DNA of 64,000 nt from Clostridia bacterium (GTDB taxonomy: Bacteria > Bacillota > Clostridia > Oscillospirales > CAG-272): the NCBI GenBank assembly GCA_017416205.1, contig JAFQDC010000072.1, positions 65,874 to 129,873 of the forward strand, read 5' to 3'. The position numbers and the translations under genes are program-made. The notes under the pieces are model-generated. The model worked only from the letters and a program-made list of their open reading frames with translations. It did not search any database and was not told the DNA's origin. Within the stretch, counting starts at the first letter, position 1; every line of letters starts with the position of its first letter. Shown here one piece after another: positions 50,480 to 58,017 of this stretch.

Positions 50480-53479
50480 TTATTTACCGAGGTGATCGTA
50501 GTAGTAGCAGAGCTTCAGCCAGGAGTGTTCAACATCGTCGAAGGTGTACTTATCCATAAGCTCCTGAAGGATCTCAGCAAGGCGCTCATCAACTACTACG
50601 CAGCCGTCAAGCTCAGTGCCGGACTTATCGATCTTATCAACGTAAGCCTTGATATCGTCGGTAAGGTCGGGGCCCTTGCCGTGGTAACGGCCGTCGAAAA
50701 TGTCGTCGATCTGATAGAGATCGCAGTTTGCGTCGTAATCCTCGCCCCAGAGCTTTTCAAGATATTCCTTAGTCTTTTCAACGTCGCCGTCGTTCTGCCT
50801 AAGGTATGCAAGGATCTCGCCGTCAGTTTCAGACTTTGAGAAGTCAAAGCCGCCCATCTGGATCATTTCGAGGATAGACTGGCTGAATACGGGTGTGAGG
50901 CCTGTGAAGTCGCAGTAGATGAGGCTTCCGTCCTCGGAGTAGTACTTGCCGTCACGAAGAACGGGAGTGATACCGCCTGTGATAATATCGTAGATCTCCT
51001 CTCCTGTTGCGTCGGAGTCGTATGTGAAGTATCCGGGAGCGCAGAGGCGGAAGAGGTCGTAGGAGGGAGCAATGAACTCTACGTCATAGTAGATGTAGCC
51101 TGTTGCGTATACGTCCCAGAACGCCATATTGATATAGTATGCAGTTCCTGCTTCCATGTAGTATACCATAGAGCAGTTGATATCGTCGGTGTACATTCTT
51201 TCATCGTGCTCATATGTGAGGAGAACGTTGCTGTTTCCGTCGAAGATCCAAGCATCGATACCGTCCTGATAGTCGCTCTTGGAGGTGAAGCGGTAAACGC
51301 CGGACTCTGTGGGAACGAACTTTGCGAATGTACCTCTGGGGATGATAGCGCGGTCATAGTAGAAGTAGTTTGTGGAGACGTCCTTGCCAAGTGTTACGGT
51401 ATATGCAGAGGAGGTGGAAAGTCCCTTGATGGGGTCCTCAAGCTGCTTTCCGGAGGGGCCGTATGCCTGGAAGTACTTACACATCTTGAGCCACTCGTTG
51501 GGGTCGTCGTCAAAGCCTGCAACATCAGCTACCTGCTTGAGCATCTCAGCAAGCTCGCGGTTGACCGTGCAGATACCCTTGAGGGAAGCATTGGATGCAT
51601 AGGAGAAGTACTGAACCATTCCAAGGCCGCCGTCTTCCTTCTTGTTGTAAAGGCTGATACCGTCCTTATCTGCCTCGCCGTTGTAAACTATATTCTGAAC
51701 GTAGTCCTCTTCGTTGAAGGGGGTGTAGTCCTGAAGATCTGCAAGGAGGAGGGGACCGTCTGCAGTTCCTACGTGGTAGTAGCCGTCAGTCTCATTGAAT
51801 ACAACGTTAACGTACTTATATGTTTCGCCGTCGTCATCGGTGGTTGCCGCATATCTGGGAAGGTATGTGTCAACGTCGATATCGGAAGAGGAAACGACTC
51901 TCATATTGTCGATGTAAACAGTGTCCTCGCCCTCGGCGCCGTCGGAGTCCTTAAGGTAGCAGAATGCAACCTCGTATGTGCCGTCCTTATCTGCAACGAG
52001 AGGATAGCAGGACTTCCATGCTTCCTTTTCGTCAACGCCGGAGATCTGGAATACGTCCTCGCCGTCAACGATAACGTAGAGCACGTCGCAAAGTCGCTCG
52101 GAGGAGATGAGGTAGTCAAATCCGAGAGCCTGACCTGCCTTAAGGGTAACGTCTGCGTACATAATGGTGGTAGTATCGTCGATACCTATGTTGGATGCCT
52201 TGATGCAGTCTGCGCCAAGCTTTTCAGCCTTGATGAAGGGCCAGATATACTCAGCGTTTTCGTCCTCTGTTTCGGGACGGTAGGTAATATCTATGTTGCC
52301 CTTGTTGATAGTAGCCGCGATCTCCTCGCTTGCGGGCATTTCAACGTTGGGCTTGATAAGAGTAACCATCTCATGGATGGACTGGCAGATCTTCTGCTCG
52401 TAGTCCTCAGCTGTGAAGTGGTCAAACGCGCAAACCCAGGGGCGCTTGGATGTTACCGCACCAACCTCGATCACGGAGATTACGCCGTAACGGTCAATGA
52501 AGACACTTGTGGGGTAGCCCTGGATAGAGAATGTGTTGGACCAGGAGGAGGGGCATGTTGCAACAATGAAGGGAAGCTTTTGCTGATTCTGGAATGCCCT
52601 TACAGCTTCAACTGTCTGGTCCATAATAAGGTTATTGAGAGCGATGATCTCAATGTCTTCCTTATAGTCCTCATAAACGTCGGAAATGATGGGAAACTCG
52701 GAAACACAGGGGCCGCAGGTAGAGTACCAGAAGTTGAGCATTACCATCTTCTTGTCCTTGAGGATCTCGGAGAGAGTAATGTCCTCGCCGTCGATGGACT
52801 GTACGGTAAAGTCGTACATAACGTCGCCGGCCTTAAGAGTTGCTGTGGAGAGGTCCTCGTCTGTGATAAGAGCGGAGGAGAGCTTGATGGAAGCCTTTTC
52901 GCCGTCGAAGGCGTAGCTTTCCTTAACGTCGTATCCCTTGGCAACGCCGGATAGAACGATAGCGTACTTGTCGCTCTTTGCGAGCTTGAAGCTTACCTTA
53001 CCCTCGCTGTCGGTCTTGGCGTAGTCGGACATATCCTCAAGCTTATCGTTTGTATAAACGTATACGTCAATGCCTTCAAGGGCCATACCGCCCTTGGTTT
53101 TGACGGTAACGGAATACTCAGTCTTTTCGCCGGCAGCGCCGCCGTCGCCCTCACCGTCGCCGTCGCCTGTGGATATGCCCTTAAAGAGTGCGATACCACC
53201 GAAGACAGCTCCTGCGATAAGGAGTGCGCCGAGAATGCATGCAATAATGATGATGGGAAGCTTCTTGGATTTTTTCTTAGGCTCCTTTTCTTCGGGAGCC
53301 TTGGGAGGTTCGATGGGGGCACTTTCCTTGGAGGTCTCGTCCTCCTTTTCAGGTGCCGCATTTTCCTCAGGCTTTTCAGCCTCGGGCGCGGTTGCTTCCT
53401 CTGCGGTTTCTGTAGCCTTTTCCTCTGCGGATTCAGCTACCAGCTCCTCAGAGGAGTTGATATCTTTTTCTTTTTCCAT
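50480..53479 (-). CDS. TM-anchored multidomain surface protein (~1000 aa): acidic cytoplasmic N-terminus, CarboxypepD_reg-like module, TlpA-like thioredoxin (CGPC), jelly-roll-like domain and two Cys-pair modules
   Basis: It has a TM helix at aa 78-103, YSVTVKTKGGMALEGIDVYVY...TDSEGKVSF and MVMLNFWYSTCGPCVSEFP...YPTSVFIDRYGVI. The Cys-pair modules are YYHVGTADGPLLLADL...GICTVNRELAEML...WLKMCKYF and ...GCVVVDERLAEIL...WLKLCYYY. The ORF track starts at 53491. I prefer ATG 53479 because GGAG lies 6 nt upstream of it. Confidence 0.75.
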   Translation of the reverse strand: MEKEKDINSSEELVAESAEEKATETAEEATAPEAEKPEENAAPEKEDETSKESAPIEPPKAPEEKEPKKKSKKLPIIIIACILGALLIAGAVFGGIALFKGISTGDGDGEGDGGAAGEKTEYSVTVKTKGGMALEGIDVYVYTNDKLEDMSDYAKTDSEGKVSFKLAKSDKYAIVLSGVAKGYDVKESYAFDGEKASIKLSSALITDEDLSTATLKAGDVMYDFTVQSIDGEDITLSEILKDKKMVMLNFWYSTCGPCVSEFPIISDVYEDYKEDIEIIALNNLIMDQTVEAVRAFQNQQKLPFIVATCPSSWSNTFSIQGYPTSVFIDRYGVISVIEVGAVTSKRPWVCAFDHFTAEDYEQKICQSIHEMVTLIKPNVEMPASEEIAATINKGNIDITYRPETEDENAEYIWPFIKAEKLGADCIKASNIGIDDTTTIMYADVTLKAGQALGFDYLISSERLCDVLYVIVDGEDVFQISGVDEKEAWKSCYPLVADKDGTYEVAFCYLKDSDGAEGEDTVYIDNMRVVSSSDIDVDTYLPRYAATTDDDGETYKYVNVVFNETDGYYHVGTADGPLLLADLQDYTPFNEEDYVQNIVYNGEADKDGISLYNKKEDGGLGMVQYFSYASNASLKGICTVNRELAEMLKQVADVAGFDDDPNEWLKMCKYFQAYGPSGKQLEDPIKGLSTSSAYTVTLGKDVSTNYFYYDRAIIPRGTFAKFVPTESGVYRFTSKSDYQDGIDAWIFDGNSNVLLTYEHDERMYTDDINCSMVYYMEAGTAYYINMAFWDVYATGYIYYDVEFIAPSYDLFRLCAPGYFTYDSDATGEEIYDIITGGITPVLRDGKYYSEDGSLIYCDFTGLTPVFSQSILEMIQMGGFDFSKSETDGEILAYLRQNDGDVEKTKEYLEKLWGEDYDANCDLYQIDDIFDGRYHGKGPDLTDDIKAYVDKIDKSGTELDGCVVVDERLAEILQELMDKYTFDDVEHSWLKLCYYYDHLGK

Positions 53480-53512
53480 ATTGATCTCCATTCTAAAAAT
53501 TTAGAGGGGTCG

Positions 53513-53755
53513 TCAGATTAACCAGAAAATGATCGTAATGATAAGATATATGACAACGAGAAAGCCGATAACCACGAGCATGGGGAGGAACATCATCTTA
53601 ACTGCATTCCAGTAAGTGTTCCAGATATCCTTCGGGCTTGAGGTCGTTCCTTTTTTTGCCCAGGCGAATCTGTCGTGTATTCCCGACATATCCGCAATGG
53701 TGCGACCGTCGTCGATATAGGTGATCTTTTCCTTTTTCTGCTTCTTTTTACTCAT
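53513..53755 (-). CDS. small tail-anchored membrane protein (80 aa)
   Basis: It has a Lys-rich N-terminus and a single C-terminal TM (FLPMLVVIGFLVVIYLIITIIFWLI). The RBS is AAAGGTG. It is wedged between the ABC ATPase gene and the 1000-aa protein gene. Confidence 0.5.
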   Translation of the reverse strand: MSKKKQKKEKITYIDDGRTIADMSGIHDRFAWAKKGTTSSPKDIWNTYWNAVKMMFLPMLVVIGFLVVIYLIITIIFWLI

Positions 53756-53777
53756 TGAAATTCACCTTTGCAAAGTG

Positions 53778-54782
53778 TCAGTCAAGGAGATGGCAAGCGG
53801 CGCAGTGGCCGTTACCGTAGTCCTTATATTCGGGAACCTTTTCCTTACAGATATCTGTTGCGTGAGGGCAACGAGTATGGAAGCGGCAACCCTTGGGAGG
53901 ATTTGCAGGGGAGGGGATGTCTCCCTTGAGGATTATTCTGTTCATCTTCACGTCGGGATCGGGATGGGGGATTGCGGAGAAGAGCGCCTGCGTATAGGGA
54001 TGCAGGGGCTTTGAGAAAATATCTTCCTTCGTTCCGTACTCTACCATGCTGCCGAGGTACATAACGCCGATCTTATCGGAGATATATTTAACAACGGAAA
54101 GGTCATGGGAAATGAAGATGTATGTCAGACCGAGATCCTCCTGAAGCTTCTTCAGAAGGTTGATGATCTGAGCCTGAATTGAAACGTCAAGGGCGGAAAC
54201 GGGCTCATCGCAAACCACAAGTCCGGGATTTACCGAGAGTGCGCGGGCGATACAGATACGCTGTCTCTGTCCGCCGGAGAACTCGTGGGGGTAACGCTCG
54301 TAGTAGTAATCGCGAAGGCCGCATTTATCCATAAGGTCGAGAACGTAGTTCTTGATCTCTGCCTTAGGAACGATCTTGTGCACCTCAACGGGCTCGGAAA
54401 GGATACCGCCTACGGTGCTTCTGGGGGGGAGTGATGAATAGGGATCCTGGAAGATGATCTGCATCTTCTTTCTGATCTCTCTCATCTGCTTTTTCTTGTA
54501 TTTGGTAATATCCTTTCCTTCGAAGATGATATTACCGCCTGTGGGCTCGTGGAGCTTGAGGATAGCGCGTCCGAGAGTGGTCTTACCGCATCCGGACTCA
54601 CCAACTATACCCAGTGTTTCTCCTGCTTTGAGCTTGAAGGAAACGTTATCAACGGCGATAAGCTCCTGAGTTACCTTACCTGTAATAGTCTTCTTGAGGG
54701 GGAAGCTTTTGCAAAGATTCTTGACTTCAAGAATAACGTTATCATTGTTTGCGTCGAAAGGAACGCACTTTTCATCAGCCAT
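53778..54782 (-). CDS. oligopeptide/dipeptide-type ABC transporter ATP-binding protein (OppF-like)
   Basis: It has Walker [10 protein letters not shown], the signature FSGGQRQR, Walker [12 protein letters not shown] and the C-terminal Cys-rich oligo_HPY-type tail. The start was trimmed to ATG 54782 (GAGGAGG upstream), overlapping the upstream gene by 8 nt. Confidence 0.9.
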   Translation of the reverse strand: MADEKCVPFDANNDNVILEVKNLCKSFPLKKTITGKVTQELIAVDNVSFKLKAGETLGIVGESGCGKTTLGRAILKLHEPTGGNIIFEGKDITKYKKKQMREIRKKMQIIFQDPYSSLPPRSTVGGILSEPVEVHKIVPKAEIKNYVLDLMDKCGLRDYYYERYPHEFSGGQRQRICIARALSVNPGLVVCDEPVSALDVSIQAQIINLLKKLQEDLGLTYIFISHDLSVVKYISDKIGVMYLGSMVEYGTKEDIFSKPLHPYTQALFSAIPHPDPDVKMNRIILKGDIPSPANPPKGCRFHTRCPHATDICKEKVPEYKDYGNGHCAACHLLD

Positions 54783-55929
54783 TGTTCTTTTCCTCCTCAC
54801 TGTAAAGATGGCAGGCAACGTAGTGAGTAGGGCTCACCTGTACCATTCCGGGATAGTCGCCTGAGCACTTCGCAATGCACTTGTCACAGCGCTCCTTGAA
54901 GTAGCAGTGAGAGGGCATATTAACGGGGTTAGGTACGTTACCGGGGATATTGAAAAGCATATCACTGTCAGACTTGAGAGTAGGCTTTGACTTCTGAAGT
55001 CCGATAGTGTAGGGGTGCATGGGGTTATGGAAGATCTCCTTTGCAGTACCCTGCTCGATTACCTTACCTGCGTACATAACTACAACGTAGTCAGCCATCT
55101 CTGCGATGATACCCAGGTCGTGGGTAATGAGCATGATAGAGCCGTCGATCTTGTCCTTAAGGTCGCGGAGAAGATCGAGGATCTGCGCCTGAATAGTAAC
55201 GTCAAGAGCAGTTGTGGGCTCGTCTGCAATAATGAGTCTGGGGTCTGCGGCGAGAGCCATAGCTATCATAACTCTCTGTCGCATACCGCCGGAGAGCTCG
55301 TGGGGGAATGCGGCGTAAACTCTTTCGGGAGCCGCAATACCTACGAGGTTGAGCATTTCCATGGATTTTGCCTTGGCATCCTCCTTGGTAGCGCCCTTTT
55401 TATGGATGAATGTAACTTCATCAAGCTGCTGTCCGATGGTGAAAACGGGGTTCAGGCTTGTCATAGGCTCCTGGAAGATCATAGCTATCTGATTTCCGCG
55501 GATCTTATGGATATCGCGGATAGGCATCTTAGCTATATCGTACACTTTTTCGCTTCCGTCCTCTTCCTTTGCGTTGAAGCGGATCTCGCCGGAATAGATC
55601 TGGCCTGTGGGCCCCTGCAAGAGTCTCATAACGGACATACTTGTAACGCTTTTTCCGCAACCGGATTCGCCAACGATACCAACGGTTGCATTCTTGGGGA
55701 TATTGAGAGAAACACCGTTAACAGCCTTGACAACGCCCTGCTCTGTAAAGAAGTAGGTATGGAGGCTGTCGATCTCAAGGATATTCTTATTATCCTTCAT
55801 TTCCGTAAGGTATTCGCTCTCGTCGCACTTGCGGTTCTTATAAGCCTCAAGGCGCTTCATTATTTTATTGTTTTCTTTGGCAATGGCGCGTATTTCGCGA
55901 CCGGAGAGATAATTTTTATTCTTAGCCAT
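54775..55929 (-). CDS. oligopeptide/dipeptide-type ABC transporter ATP-binding protein (OppD-like) with a ~47-aa N-terminal extension
   Basis: It has Walker A GESGCGKSV, the signature LSGGMRQR, Walker B IIADEPTTALD and a C-terminal Cys-rich tail. Confidence 0.9.
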   Translation of the reverse strand: MAKNKNYLSGREIRAIAKENNKIMKRLEAYKNRKCDESEYLTEMKDNKNILEIDSLHTYFFTEQGVVKAVNGVSLNIPKNATVGIVGESGCGKSVTSMSVMRLLQGPTGQIYSGEIRFNAKEEDGSEKVYDIAKMPIRDIHKIRGNQIAMIFQEPMTSLNPVFTIGQQLDEVTFIHKKGATKEDAKAKSMEMLNLVGIAAPERVYAAFPHELSGGMRQRVMIAMALAADPRLIIADEPTTALDVTIQAQILDLLRDLKDKIDGSIMLITHDLGIIAEMADYVVVMYAGKVIEQGTAKEIFHNPMHPYTIGLQKSKPTLKSDSDMLFNIPGNVPNPVNMPSHCYFKERCDKCIAKCSGDYPGMVQVSPTHYVACHLYSEEEKNNG

Positions 55930-55931
55930 TA

Positions 55932-56981
55932 TTATCTCCTCGCTTTCGGGTCAAGGGCGTCGCGCAGACCGTCGCCGATGAAGTTGAAGCCGAGAACGGC
56001 AATAACGATACATACGCCGGCGGGAACCCATACGTTCAGATGGTTCTGAAGGATGTCCTGATTTGTTGAAATGATGTTGATCATAGTACCCCAGGCGGCG
56101 TAAGGAGCCTTAACGCCAAGATTGAGGTAGGAAAGGGTTGCCTCGTAAAGGATCATGCTACCGAGAGAAAGTGACATGGATACGATAAGCTGGGGCATAA
56201 CGTTAGGAACGAGATGCTTGAAGATCTGGCGGCTTGTGGAGTAACCCATAGCCTCTGCCGCAACCATATACTCCTGCTCACGGAGAGAAAGGATCTGACC
56301 GCGCACAAGGCGGGCAGTACCGGGCCAGGAGATAAAGGTGAGGTAGATCATAAGGAGATAGATACGGTACTTCGCATCGATCTCGGAAGCATCAAGGATT
56401 GTACTGATAATAAGGAGGATCGGGATACCGGGCAGACATATAAGTATATCGCAAAGACGCATGATTATGTTATCAATAGCGCCGCCGAAGTATCCTGCGA
56501 TACCGCCAAGGATTACGCCGAGGATGGTAATAAGGAATACTGCGATAAAGCTTACCGTAAGAGAGATACGGCCACCGTACATAAGACGTACGAAGATGTC
56601 GTAGCCCTCGTTATCCGTACCAAGGATATGAGTTGCACTCGGTCCGTCAAGGAAGTTATCCTTAAGGGATTTCTCTGTAGTCTGACGGATAGTGTATTCC
56701 TTGCCGTCAACGGTATATGTAGTCTCGGAAACGGAGTACTCGGTCTTACCGCTTTCGTCAAGCTCGATCTCGCCCCACTCTGTATAGAGAAGAGGGCCTG
56801 CGAAGGAGAAGATAAAGAGTCCGATTACCATTATAAGACCTATGATCGAGAGCTTTGAACGGAAGAATCTTCTGACTACCATTCTGGTAGGAGACATAAG
56901 ACGGACCGTTTTATCGTGAGGCACGTCGTCTTCCTGAACGGTCTTTTCTTCATTTGTTTCTTTTTCTTTGATATCGTTCAT
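55932..56981 (-). CDS. ABC transporter permease (OppC-like)
   Basis: It has an N-terminal extension plus 6 TM helices. The binding-protein-dependent transport motif is AAEAMGYSTSRQIFKHLVPN. Confidence 0.9.
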   Translation of the reverse strand: MNDIKEKETNEEKTVQEDDVPHDKTVRLMSPTRMVVRRFFRSKLSIIGLIMVIGLFIFSFAGPLLYTEWGEIELDESGKTEYSVSETTYTVDGKEYTIRQTTEKSLKDNFLDGPSATHILGTDNEGYDIFVRLMYGGRISLTVSFIAVFLITILGVILGGIAGYFGGAIDNIIMRLCDILICLPGIPILLIISTILDASEIDAKYRIYLLMIYLTFISWPGTARLVRGQILSLREQEYMVAAEAMGYSTSRQIFKHLVPNVMPQLIVSMSLSLGSMILYEATLSYLNLGVKAPYAAWGTMINIISTNQDILQNHLNVWVPAGVCIVIAVLGFNFIGDGLRDALDPKARR

Positions 56982-56996
56982 TATTTCGTACCTCCT

Positions 56997-57989
56997 TTAC
57001 TCAAGCTTAACTCTGGGGTCTACTATTCCATACATAAGGTCGGCAAGAAGAACGCCGAGAACGCTGAGGAGCGCAAGGAACATATTGTAGCCCATGATGA
57101 AGGGGATATCGCCTCGGTTCATCGCATCGAGAGCGATGTTACCGATACCGGGAAGGTCAAATACCTGCTCTGTGATGATAGCACCGGAGAAGAGTGAGGG
57201 AAGAAGACCTGCAAGGCTGGTAACGAGGGGGATAAGTGTATTGCGGAATGCATGCTTGTTGATAACTACCTTTTCGGAAAGACCCTTAGCGCGGGCAGTT
57301 CTGATATAGTCGGAGTTCATAACCTCAAGCATATTGGTTCTGGTCATTCTCATTCTCGCACCGATAGAAAGGATAACGATTGTGAGAATGGGTATAAACA
57401 TATGAACGAAGTAGTCGCCGAGAAGCTGGATTCCCGTATAGGATGCAGTAGCATCAACAAGACCGGAGGCGGGGAACCATCCAAGCTTTAAGGCGAAGAA
57501 GTCCTTCAGCATATTACCGAAGAAGAAGGAGGGGAGGGAGATACCGATCATAACGAGAACGGTAACCAGATAGTCGCGGAAGCTGTACTGATGGGTAGCT
57601 GCCGTAATACCGAGAGGTATTGCTATCATAAACTCAAAAATTGTTGCGATAAGAGCGATGGCAAAGGAGATTCCCATATGCTCAAAAATAACCTGAGCTA
57701 CGGGAATACCGTATACGAAGCTTGTACCGAGATCAAATCTTGCAAGAGCTCCGAGCCATGAGAAATAACCCTTGAGAATGCCGAGGAAGCTGTTATCGCC
57801 CAGTCCGTACATCTCATACATTGCGTTTACTGTTTCTTCGCTTACAGTCGCGCCACCCTGATTGATGGCGTTGATCTTATCCTGGATAAAATCAACGGGC
57901 ATCAATCGGATGAGAAAGTAAATGATCAGTGAAACGCCGAGAAGTATAAGAATAGACATTCCAAGTCTTTTCAATATATACTTTAACAT
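56997..57989 (-). CDS. ABC transporter permease (OppB-like)
   Basis: It starts MLKYILKRLG, has a conserved loop YIRTARAKGLSEKVVINKHAFRN and ends DPRVKLE. Confidence 0.9.
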   Translation of the reverse strand: MLKYILKRLGMSILILLGVSLIIYFLIRLMPVDFIQDKINAINQGGATVSEETVNAMYEMYGLGDNSFLGILKGYFSWLGALARFDLGTSFVYGIPVAQVIFEHMGISFAIALIATIFEFMIAIPLGITAATHQYSFRDYLVTVLVMIGISLPSFFFGNMLKDFFALKLGWFPASGLVDATASYTGIQLLGDYFVHMFIPILTIVILSIGARMRMTRTNMLEVMNSDYIRTARAKGLSEKVVINKHAFRNTLIPLVTSLAGLLPSLFSGAIITEQVFDLPGIGNIALDAMNRGDIPFIMGYNMFLALLSVLGVLLADLMYGIVDPRVKLE

Positions 57990-58017
57990 TTCTTTTTGTT
58001 TTTACAGTACTTAAAAA

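Noticed and set aside
51206-52954. 582-aa plus-strand ORF antisense to the ~1000-aa surface protein gene
   Set aside because: The translation is low-complexity (V/G/L/C/N-rich) with no motif, while the minus-strand frame carries clear thioredoxin and module motifs. Long antisense ORFs are expected where the sense strand uses G/C-ending codons.
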